Source: Lophium mytilinum (taxonomy: Eukaryota). Taken from it: a stretch of 53,581 bases of DNA. Position numbers and translations under genes: made by a program. The notes below the pieces were generated by a model. It made no database searches. It saw only the letters and a list, made by a program, of their open reading frames with translations, and had not been told where the DNA came from. Shown piece after piece: positions 12,511 through 24,500 of this stretch (its first letter is position 1; each line of letters begins with the position of its first letter). The DNA is taken from contig MU004189.1 of assembly GCA_010093605.1 (NCBI GenBank), forward strand, positions 124,001 through 177,581, written 5' to 3'.

Positions 12511-15500
12511 ATGTGGAGCAAGCTAACGGGCAAGAGCGAGAGCTCGTCCGCTAAAGACTCTAGAGAGTCGAAAGACGACCGCCCAAGCGCGCGCCGTCGA
12601 CGCGCCGAGTCTATTGTTTCCTCATCCTCCGCACGGAGACCAACCCGCGGTGACCCCAGGAGCGCGCCGCCATCTTCACGTAATTCATACCCTCCTGCAG
12701 CTCCGGCATCAACTGCTTCCTCCTATGCGACGGCGCCAGAGCCCTCCCGCGCCTCAGACTACCTCCCCTACGACAACATGTCGGACCGCCCGCGTGCGTA
12801 CGACGACCTCTACGATTACGATGCCAGACGATCTTCCAGTCGCCGTGATCGTTCCTCCAGCCACGACCGAAAGCGCGACAGGCGAGACCGCTCGCGGAGT
12901 CTCGACCGCGTCGACAGAAAGAAAGACAGAAAAGAAAAGGATAAGAAGACTGAGGGCTGGGTCCGGCCGAGCTCAAGCAAGAAGAGCAAGTCGGAACGTG
13001 GGAGTAGCCGTGCTGGAGATGAGGACCGCATCGTATCCTCGAGAGCTGGAGAGGATCCGCACACTGGTGGTTCATTCAGCACTCAGGTTGCCAGCGCTGG
13101 CTTCTCTCAATTTCCTGGCCAAATTGGGGCTCCAATGATGACTGGAGCGCTCCCAACTCCGCCTGCTCAGCAGATATCCTCCCATGTTGCGGACCAATTC
13201 CCTGGTCAAAACCCATCCAACTTTGCTGCACCATATAGACCTCCTCCCGGCGCCGGTGCCGCCGCTGATTACTACGGCGATCAAGGACAATCTGTCATGG
13301 ACCAGCCTGGAGTCCGTCCGAACAAACCCTCTGTCATCATACCCGCCGATACACCTCACCTCAATGCTGCCTCTGCGACCTACAATCCTCCAGAGGAGAC
13401 AGGACTGGGATCCGCTGCCGACTTCTTCGGCTCTAGCACCGCAGCTTTCCAGGCATCGTCCTCGAGTCAGTCCGCAAAACCCACTAAACCTTCGAGGCCG
13501 ACTATGCCTGGTAGTTTCGAGGACGATATGGCTCCCAGTAAGCCACCACGACCATCGGGTTCCAAGCCAAGCAGCTCTAGCAAACCGAGCAAGCCTGGCA
13601 AGGCATCATCCGCTGGCGCTCTTGCGGGTGGCGCGGCTCTAGGATATGCCCTCGGCCATGGATCTGGAAGTAATCACCAATCATCATCTTACACCAACCA
13701 GCAACAATCAACCTCCTCTACTTTCTACCAACAAGGAACGAATGGATTCGTAGGTAGTGCTGGAGCCCTCTCTACAGCTGCGACCGATGGAAGCCACGGT
13801 CATTCTTATTCTACAGGTAACATACCTACCCAAGGCGGCTATGGCTCTGCCGGACCACCACCCAAGCCCCCACGACCAGGTAAGCAATCCTCCAACTCCC
13901 ATTCTAACATGCCACTCTACGCAGCGGGGGCTGCTGGGTTGGCCGCAGGAGCGTATGGCCTACATCAACACTCGCAACATCAGCACTCGAATTCCATCCC
14001 GGGCGCGTTCCCTGGGGCTTCCGGAACCTATGGAGGCCCGACCCCGTCGCCTGGCCCGTATATGTCTGGAGACATGGCCACGAGGCATCAGCACAAGGGC
14101 CCCGTGAGCAAGTTTGTGGACTGGTGGAAGGACTATGAAGATGTGCGCAAGATGGAGGAGTATACGGAGTACATAGGAGTCTGCCGAGAGTGCTTCGACC
14201 CACGTTCCTCAGTCCAAGATGCCCCTCGGAAACACAACTATAATCGGCGCCGACGATCTGGTGAACAACTACGCCCATCTGGTGGTATCAAGAAGGACTC
14301 CCGTTATTACCCCTCCGACAGCGAAAGCAAACGAAAGGGCAAGACTGGGCTTGTAGCCACTGGGCTCGGAGCATACGGTATTGCCAAGGTCGGAAAAGCA
14401 CTCTTCAATCGAAATAACGACTTCGACGACACCTACAGCATAAAGTTTGGCCGCGAGGGGCGAGGTTCGAGAACATCTCTAGGACGGAGCCGAAGCCGCT
14501 CTCGGGATCGAAAGACTAGTCTCTCCACTGGTGTGATACGCCACCGCAGTCGATCTAGGGACCGTGTCGAAATGGGATCAACTCGCGAGGGCAAGCAATA
14601 CAAGATTGTGCGCCATCGATCTCAATCTCGGTCTCCTTCGAGAGATCGCAAGACCGGACTCCTTGGAGCAGCGATTGGAGCGGCTGTTGGTGCATCTGCT
14701 GTCAGTCAAGCTCGGAAGAAGCATCGCAGTCGCTCGAACTCTCCCGAAGGACAGTTCGTTCGTCGTCGGAGACGCAGCAACGAAAACGACCGGTACGCGA
14801 AGTCTTATCGTAGCTCGCGGAGCTCTGCTTCTGGATCCTTCGTCGATATCTCGCAAACGTCTCGTCCGCAAGCGAGTGGCTTCCTGGGTGGCTTTTTCGC
14901 AGCCCCCGAGAAGCGTGAGAAGAAGCAGAGGAAAGTCCACAGCAAGAAACGTAAGGGCTTCTTCAACTTTGGGAATTCATCTTCCTCGTCGTCCGACTCC
15001 GGCCTCGCCTTTGGCTTTGGTGTGGATCGGAGGCGAAAGAGCTCTTCAACAAAACGCCGGAACTCTGACGAAAAGCTGAACGCTACTTTGCTTGGGCTCG
15101 GAGCTACTGCGGCTGCTATCACTGCCGCTCAGCATGGCCGTTCGAAGAATGGTAGACATGGCCCTGAAGTCGTCGCTGTACGCCACTCAAAGGGTAAAGG
15201 CAAGGGTAAAGAGCGCGTCTATCGAGCAGGCCATTCGTCTCATTCTTCCAGCGAGGAGGACGAGGGCTGGGAGTCTGCCGAAGACGATGACCTCTCTGTC
15301 TCGTCGGGGGGAAGTTCCGGCCTGGCATTTGGCGACTTCAATTGGAAAGGCAAGAGCACTGAATCTTTGGTCTCTAACGATTCGGGGACTAGCAAGTGGG
15401 GCTGGCGCTGGGGAAGAAAGAAACCTAAGAAACCGTCTATCACAAGCTTGAACGAAGCAGGTGCATCGGGGTCCTTCATCGGGCCTGCTGCAGCTGCTGG

Positions 15501-18500
15501 TATTGCCGGCGCTGTAGGAGGTGCAGCTCTTGGACGCAACGAGAGCGCCATGAGCAGCGTCAGTAGCGTACCGACTCTTCAGTCGGTATATCCCTGGCAG
15601 TCTCCCTCCGACCCCAATAGCTTTGACGCTGTCCGACGAACTGGATCTACACCATCGAACCAGGCACAACCTCTAGTCACTGCCCAGCCCGGCAGTATCA
15701 ACCTTCAGCATCCTCAACCCGTGCCTCCTCACGTTCCGGATAACATTTACACTTCACAGGGACCGGTACAACAAAGCTATTATGCTCCTACTGGCCCTGC
15801 GGTCTTCGCGTCTGCTGGTTCGCAATCTCCATACCCTAGCGCACAATACCAGCAAGGATTCGTTGAGTCCCCGAAGCCAAGCTTCTCGTCAACCTTCGAA
15901 GATCGACCTCCGCGTCTTCCTCGTCGCGGCAACTCATCGCCAACGTTAAGCTCCATGAAGCGCGATGCCACAATTGCAGGCGTGGCGGCCGGCATTGGTG
16001 CGGGCGCTGTCGCCGCCGGGATAGGGCTAAGCCGCCGCCAGAGCTCTCCCAGCAACAACGTACGATTCAACCTCACGGAAGACCAGGCCGAGAAGGTTGA
16101 CCGTGAGCGTCGAGAGGACCGAGAACGCCGCAAGGAGCGAAGTCGCAAGGACGATGAGGAGCTTAGGCGTCGCGAACAACAGCGCCGCGATGAAGAGGAG
16201 GTTAGGAGGAACGATATAGAGCGCATGGAGCTCCTTGAGGCTGAGAAGAAACGTGAAGAGCGAAGGCAACGCGAACGCGCCGAGAGAGAGGAGCGACGCG
16301 CGAGAGACCAGCGTGAAGCGGAGGAGCTCGAACAACGTTCTCGTGCCGCCCGTATGGAGGCTGATCGAAAGGCCGAACTGGAGCAACAGGCGAGGGAGCG
16401 ACAGCAAGCTGAAGAATCAGAGCGTCGCGCGCGCGTCGAAGCCGAGAGGAAGGCCGAACTGGACCGCGAAACAGAACGCATCCTCAAAGAACGAAGGCAA
16501 TCAGCCATTGAAGCTGCCAGGCGAGAGGTCGCTGCCCGCGAAGAAGCAGAGCGGATGCAGAAGACGCATGACATGGCCAGACTTACTAGGGAGCGACTGG
16601 AACGCGAAATTAATGAAGATCGCATTGCAGAGCAACGGGAACGAGACCGAGGCAGCTACAGAGGCGACGATATCAGCTCAGAAGTTCAACATCGAGAACA
16701 GGAACTCCAAGATCGTGAGCGAGACATCGTGAAGCCGGACACTTGGAAGAACGTCGCTGCTGGAGGCATCGCGGGGGCTACGGTGGCGGCTGCTGCGGCA
16801 GCTATTACGAGTTCGGCAATCAATGACCGTAAAGACAAGCAGCCTGCTGTTCGACACGTGGAGCCGACTAAGCCTATCATTGATCTTGTAGATGAGGATA
16901 TATTCGACCCGAACTTATTCAAAAAGAGCAAAGGGAGGAAGAACCGCAAACCAGAAAACCCGGTTGATCAGACTGCAGCAACGTTTGATCATTTCATGGA
17001 AGATTTTGACGAGAAGTATAACACGAGGCCCGTATCGCCAGCAGAATTCTTCGCTCCGGACGAACTGCGCGATCATTCTGGAGCCCAGTCTCCTAGAATA
17101 GATCCTAATATGGGCGCTGATATTCATGTTTACCAAGCGCATGACCCAGAGCTCTCTGGCGTTCCCAGAGGACCCCCTTACCCTCTCCCCTACGCTTTTA
17201 CGGCATCCAGAGATGTCCCTGATTCGGCATACATGTCTTCTCCTTGGCCAGTTCCGGTGCTCAACCTCATCCAGCCAACTCCGCCTGGTTCTGTTATGGC
17301 GCCATCTGCACCTCCCTCTCCTGCCGTTGTGCCTCAAGACTCCACTCCTAAGGATGTGTATCAAGCTTCCACTAGGAGACAGTCCAAACCCTCCACCAAG
17401 GTCACCTGGGGCGAAGACCAACTCCACCACTATGAAGTCGAGACACCCGATTCTTATCGCGAAAGCTTCATCTCCGACCGCGATGCCAAGGATCACAAAC
17501 CGAAGGCATCGGACTACGAAATTGTCGTCGAAGAAGACTCGCCAAAGTCAGGCAAACGACGGACCACGTACACGCCTGATCAACAGCGCTCATCAACGTC
17601 AGAAACTGATGACTCTAAGTCGAAGAAAAACAAGAAGTCTGAGAAGGTCTATGAGTCTCAGTCGCCAGTGCGAACGCCCGTTGTTGTTGAGCCTGAGGAA
17701 GATGCTCGACGGAATCATGACGTCTACCAGGCCCCCTTCTACGAGACGGTCTCCGATCTTAGTTCCCTGCCTGGGCACGGCTTTGTGGAGGGCGAGGTTG
17801 GCGAGGAGCCAGATCACAGCCAGAGGAGTGTCATGCCTGGTGGTTTCGACGACAAGCCATTCTACGGTCCGGAGCCACAAGAGAAGGTGGAAAAGGAGCC
17901 CGAGTGGGAACCCCCTCTTAGCAAAAAGGAGAAGAAGAAGCGGGAGAAGGATGCCAAGCGACAGAGCATTGAGTCGAGCACTCCTCCCCCGGAAGCTCCG
18001 CAAGCTCCAGTCCAGGCAGAGCCAGCTTGGGAACCGCCGCTCAGCAAGAAAGAACAAAAGAAGCGTGAGAAGGAGGCTAAACGACAGAGTATGGAGTCGA
18101 GCCCTGTCCCTGAAATTCCATCGCCTGTTATCAAGGAAGAGCCACCAGCTGAGTTCGAGTTCACCAAGAGCAAAAAGGACAAGAAGAAAGACAAGAAATC
18201 GAAGAACGGTAGCCGAGATGAGAGTCCTACCATCGCCGGAGCTGAGGAATCAAGATCAGACCCAATCGACGAATGGGATACTCCAAAATCTTCGAAGAAA
18301 GACAAGAAAGGTCGAGCTTCGAGTGTAGATCAAGATCCCAGGGACATTGAGCCTTCTGTTCCTGAGGAAGAGTACCGAAAGTTCCAGGCTTTGAAGAACC
18401 CGCCTTACGAAGGTGACGAACGCAGTACCTCCAAGCCCAACAGTAGTCATGTTCCTGCAGCCGTTGCCGCCGGTGGCTTTGCCGCTATCGCTGCCGCTGC

Positions 18501-21500
18501 CGCGAAACATGAGCGAGATACCAAAGCTTCCGAGCCGACTAGTTCCAGGGACGCTTACTCGTCTGAAACACCTTCGTCTCAAACGCCTTCGTCTCATTAC
18601 GTACCCGGCGGATTCTCTGCTGAGCCTGAAGAAGCCAGCTACACCCCTCAAAATGGTAATCGCCGAGTTTCGCAACCTGAACCTGAACGAGTCATCCCGA
18701 GCACAGCATTCTACGATGTCGAGGAGCTAGTAGATGCCAAGACGCCCAAAAAGAAGGAGAAGAGGCGCAGCGGCCGTTTCAGCTCTCCGACCCCATCTTC
18801 GCCTTTGAGGACTGAGCTCGGGTATGATGACGATTATATGAGCGCAAAACCACACACCGAAATCCCTAAACAGCCCGTTCAGGAGCCGACGTATGCCGCA
18901 GGTGTTCCCTTACCGGAAGCTTCTTTCGATGAGCTCGATGATTTGAGGTCGACACATTCAAACAAGAGCACACCATCTAAGCGTGACGCCGCTTTGGACG
19001 ATTTTGATGGATCTGAAAAGTCGAAGTCGAAGAAGACGGATCGATATGTCCCGGCGAGTAATGGCACACAGGATGTTATCTCTGATGCGCCCTACGACGC
19101 GTACGATGTCAAGAAGTCGAGACACCGCAGTGAGAGCGCTGCCAGCCGAGACACTTATGCCTACGAACGGGATCACGAAGACCGCCACCGCGATCTTTCC
19201 ACGGCGAGATCGGAAGATCACGACGACAAGAAAGGCTCTAAGCATCGGCGAAGCACCAGCGAGAAGTATGATGATGATACTCGTTCTGTTGGCTCCGATG
19301 GTCGTTCGACCTACGATGACGATGGCGAGCGCAAGAAGCGGCATCACAGGCACCGAGAGAGCGAAAGGGACGACGATACAAGATCAGTGGCCTCGGAGGA
19401 TCGATACGATGAGAACGGCGAGCGGAAGAAGAGGCATCATCGCAGGAGGGATAGCGAGAAAGATGATGACACCAGGTCTATTGTCTCAGAAGACCGCTAT
19501 GACGAGAACGGCGAGCGCAAGAAGCGGCACCATAGGCGACGAGAAAGCGAGAGAGACGACGACGATACTCGCTCTATTGTTTCAGAGGATCGCTACGATG
19601 AAAATGGTGAGCGCAAAAAGCGACATCATAGGCGACACCATAGCGAAAATGGATCTCCGGAAGGATATGCACGATCTACTGCAGCCTCGGAGCCTGGGGA
19701 CCTGTACGACCGTGATCGTAAGTCTTCGAGACATCGATCAAAGCGAGACAGTGACATCTTTGATGATACTGCTTCCATCGCCTCTTCGCCAGCCCGGTAC
19801 GACGAGCCGACGAGTAGGTCGTCAAAAGAGAAGGAGAAGAAATCAGGGGGCTTATTCGGGCTTTTTGGAAGCCGGGGCAAGTCCACTGAAAGCTTGGTAG
19901 ACACTAGCAGCAAGTCCAAATCCAAGGACGAGTTTGAAGACCCGGACAGGAAGCATAGAAAGAAGAAGCACCGCGGGTCTGCCTATGGCTCCGATGACGA
20001 CGATGCCCGCTCTACTGTATCCAGCGATCGACGGGATAAACGTAGAAGCAGAGATGAGACAGGTATGGACACCCGACACCAAACAAAGGTACATGACCCG
20101 CTCTGTCAAACCCCTGACGCCCCATCTGACGATGAACGAATGCTAAACGGTTCCAAGGAACATAATCTTACAGAATCTAGCAGAGACCGACCGAGTGAAG
20201 TACTAGAAGACTACAACAAGAAGTCTTTTTTAGGCGAGCGGGCGGTGGTGGAAGCTCCACTGCCCGTTAATGAATCCGAACACTTTGGACAACAATCCCG
20301 ATCCGAAGACGAGGCCACCGCAATGAAGCTTCCTGGTGACCTCCCCGAATATCCCCTTCCTACTCTTCCTGATAGCCGTCCTACCTCGCCTCTGCATGTG
20401 GACACAGCTCGCTCGATTGAACGCCCGACTACCCCAGTCGAGGAGAATCGTGCTCTTCTAGAAAGACTTACTGGCCTCTCTAGCGAGCATTTACAGGCCT
20501 ACGCCAACAGCGAACTACCTGCACTTCCTGTGTCAAGGCCCAATTCTCCATATGGAATGGACAGGTCTCCTGAGCAGATTGCCTCTCCTCGCTTTTCCCA
20601 GCGTGCGCAGTCTACCACCGCGATCCCCCTTCGATTCCGTCGCCCTCCCCCTTCGCCCGGAACCACGCGCGACTTAACCATCAAAACACCCTCATCTTCT
20701 ACCCCTACTTCCTCGCCTTTAGCTCCACGCTTAAGACACACCAAGTCATCTTCGACCGAGTTCAAAGGATCAACCGACTACAGACCGCTATACCTCGTGG
20801 AAAGCAACCGCAAGGCCCCCGAGATCGAGGAGACCCTGCCATCTCTTCCCTCCAGCCGCACCACTTCAAGGGCTGCGTCAGAGCGTGGTACTGAGGATGA
20901 ATACCAGTCGGCTCTCGAATCACCACATCTCAGTGGAACAGATACTGAGGATCCATTTACGAGCCCTGATCAATATCATGATATGCCTGCCGAGGATGAC
21001 TTCTTGGGATCGCAGCAGACGACTCCGAAAGCAACCACGTTTGCTCCGGGTGTTATGGAGTTGCCGAGAGAAAGTGATGCCGCCAAGGAGTCTGATGCTA
21101 CCAGGAAACTTGATACACCTGCTGCTAGGGAAGTTGATACAGCTGATACTAGAGAACCTGATATCGATGCTGCTAGAGAACTTGATATAGCTGCTGCCAG
21201 GGAACTTCCCCGAAGCAGGACCCCTAGTCCTCATCGCGAGTCCAGCTCCTCCAACACCCTCAAGGATGCAGCAACCGCAGCGCTCATTGGCGGTGCAGCA
21301 GCTTACCTTGGCCATGAAGCACTTTCCAAAGGCTACGATTCCGACTTCATGGGCGGCGAACCAGACGAAGAGGATCTCGACCTCGCTCCCAAAGCCGCAC
21401 CCGTCGAAGAAACTCCAGTCCCCGAAACCCCTTCTCGCCCTACCCACTCTCGGACCACTAGCGCTACTTCAGCTAAGAAGAGCAAGAAAGGCAAGAAAGG

Positions 21501-24500
21501 TTCTAAGCGTGGCAGCAAGGACATCTCTGAGCAGCCAGGCTCACCTAAAGAGCTCACTGAGGAAGAACAGCGCCAGATCCGCGAGCGTGACGCTATGGAT
21601 GCCGTAGACGGCTGGTTCGAAGAGCCGGCTAAGAGCAGCGAGATTTCAGAAGAGCCTTCAGAGATTGATGCATCTGCCTCTGATGCTAAGAAGGGGACCC
21701 CGCCTCCATCCCCGAAAGCCGAGCCTGACCCGGCATTGTTCAGGCGGGATACGCCGAAGGGGAAGAAGGGCAAGAAACAGGGAAAGAAAGGCAAAGGGAG
21801 CCGCTCAAACACGCTGGAGAGCCCTATCGAGGACGTAACCAAGGCTCCTGGAGATGAGGATGCAACGCCCGTTGAGCCATCTATCCCGGAGCACGAGGAA
21901 ATTATCCAGCCAGTGATGTCCGAGGAGAAGATTGAGGAGGCCCCAGTTCCGGAGCTAGAGGCACCCAAAGATCTCGAGCCGACTGCGGAATCTATGGACT
22001 ATGTAACGCTGCCGCGAGCCTACAGCCCTGCGTTCAGCATCCCCGTACAGTCTGAAGACCTCGCCGCATTTCCTGCTGCTCTTGGAAGATCTGGCTCCCC
22101 ATCCATAGCAGATCTCGAAAGCAAGGCAAACAAGGCAGCAGAGCCTAAGCCTGAGCTTGAGTTTATAGCCATCGCGAAGAAGCTCAAGGGCAAGGGTAAG
22201 CACAGTCGCAAGTCAAGTCGCGTGGAAGATGGCCAACCATCACCATCCCTTGATAGCGGTCTATCTTCTGGGCTGTCGACGCCCAGGGAGGTCTTAGGTA
22301 GTGCGGAGCGGTCCGAGGGTCTTGAGAGGGACCTTTCAGCGCCTCAAGATATATCTCCTGAAACGATTCCGCTACCTGAAGCCGATGATGGCCTGCTCGA
22401 AGATGTCACTGAGCTACCCGCGCCTGTCGAGGAGAAACCTGAAGAAGTCGACCCACTCTCCGCCCCCGTACTGGAAGAGGCAGTCGATCAGCGCCCCGTA
22501 GAACCCCAACCAGCGCCGGAACCTACATCTCCAGAGGATGGCAAATTTGCCATGACCACTCCCTCGAAGAAGTCAAAGAAGAAGGGAAAGAAGGACAAGA
22601 AGGCTAAGAATGACGATCTCGGCGAATCATCGACTGAACTTCCTACGGCCGTGCCTGTCGAAGAGCAGACGAGGGAACTTGAACTACTCCCCGCATCCGA
22701 ACCAACCGTCGAGCCCACATCTCTACCTATAGAAGATCAAGTAGCGCCGGAACCTACGCCGCGAGAGGAAGACGAGATCGCCTGGACGGCTCCTGGGAAA
22801 AAGTCAAAGAAGAAGGGAAAGAAAGCTAAGAACGACAACATAGGTGAACCCGCCACCGAACTTCCCACGCCTGTGGTGTCTGCCGAAGACCAGGCAAGGG
22901 AACCTGATCTTCCCTCTGCTCCCGAACCAGCAATCGAAGCCGACCAACTGCTCACAGAAGATCATCCAGCGCCTGAACCTACACCACAAGAGGAAGATGC
23001 ATTCGCCTGGACAGCTCCCGCCAAGAAGTCGAAGAAGAATGGCAAGAAAGCCCAGAACGATGACCTGGGCGAACCCGCTACTGAGCCTCCCGCACTCGTC
23101 GAAGGCCAGACAAAGGAGGTCGATATACCCTCCGTCCCCGAGCCAGAACCCCAGTCGCTTCCCGTGGAAGACGAAGCGGTGCCGGAGCTTTCCCAGCCCG
23201 AGGACGACTCAGCGTGGGCAGCTCCCTCCAAGAAGTCAAAGAAGACGGGAAAGAAGGACAAGAAAGTCAGCATCAGTGAACTTACTCGAGCAGCAAGCCC
23301 TGAACCTGAGTATCCCCGTGAAGCAACTACATTCGATCCGGACTTGCCCACGCCTTCGCCCTCGGCGGAGATGATGGAAGCCGTGCTTGCCTCGGGCGAG
23401 GTACCAGATGCGGCCATGGCGACTGCGATGGGTGTTGACGATGGATTACTAGCAACACCTAGTCTTGAGCAAACCGAAGTCGAACCCACTTTCGAGACTC
23501 GCGATCAAGAGCAGGAACAACCAATTGTTACTCACCAACCTCAACTTGAGCATCCTAACATGGAATCTACACCCTCGGTCCCAGAACCTTCACCCTCGAT
23601 TCCAGATCCTGCACCCTCAGTCCCAGAACCTGCAGTAAAACAACCGCGAGAGGAAAAGCAGTCGGAGCCAGAGCCGGAGCCCGAGGAGCCGCAGTCGCTG
23701 ACAAGCAACATTCTGAGTGTCTTTGGGTGGGGCAAGAAGAAGGCGAAGAAGAGCGATACGAGCTCTGCCCCTATAAGCCCGGTTCCGAAGCCGAAGAAGG
23801 AGGTGCTTGAACCGCTTCCTGCGTCTGAGGCCTTGGATGCCAAGCGCGATCTACTTGTTGCTAGTGCTGTCGAGGCTCCGGCTGCGGTTGTTGAAGCGAA
23901 GTCTAAGCCCATTGTCAAGGGAGTGAAGGCGCTGGAGGAACCGGAGAATTCGAAGGTGCTGGAGCCATTCCCCGCGTCGGAGATCGTCGACGACAAGCGC
24001 GATCTGCCTGTCTCCGATGCTGTTGAAGCTTCGGCTGCTGATACAAAGCCTGAGCTTCCTGTTGAANNNNNNNNNNNNNNNNNNNNNNNNNNNNNNNNNN
24101 NNNNNNNNNNNNNNNNNNNNNNNNNNNNNNNNNNNNNNNNNNNNNNNNNNNNNNNNNNNNNNNNNNNNNNNGCTGCTGATACAAAGCCTGAGCTTCCTGT
24201 TGAACAAGTCAAGGAGCTTGCGGAGTCGGAGACTTTGGAACTGCCGAAGGAGGTGCTAGAGCAGGAAGTTCAGCTTGAAGACCAGCCGGTCGTCGAAGAG
24301 CAACCACAAGCTCCTGCCGAGGATGAATGGGCTTTCCCCATCAAGGCAAAGAAGGGTAAGAAGGGCAAAGGAAAGAAAACTGAGGAAGTCGAGCAGCTTG
24401 TGCGAGAGGAGCCTACGCCCACGGTCGAAGAACCTTCGCCGCCACTAGAAGAGACACCAGTAGTCGAAGATCAAGCGCAAACTCCCGTTGAAGATGAATG

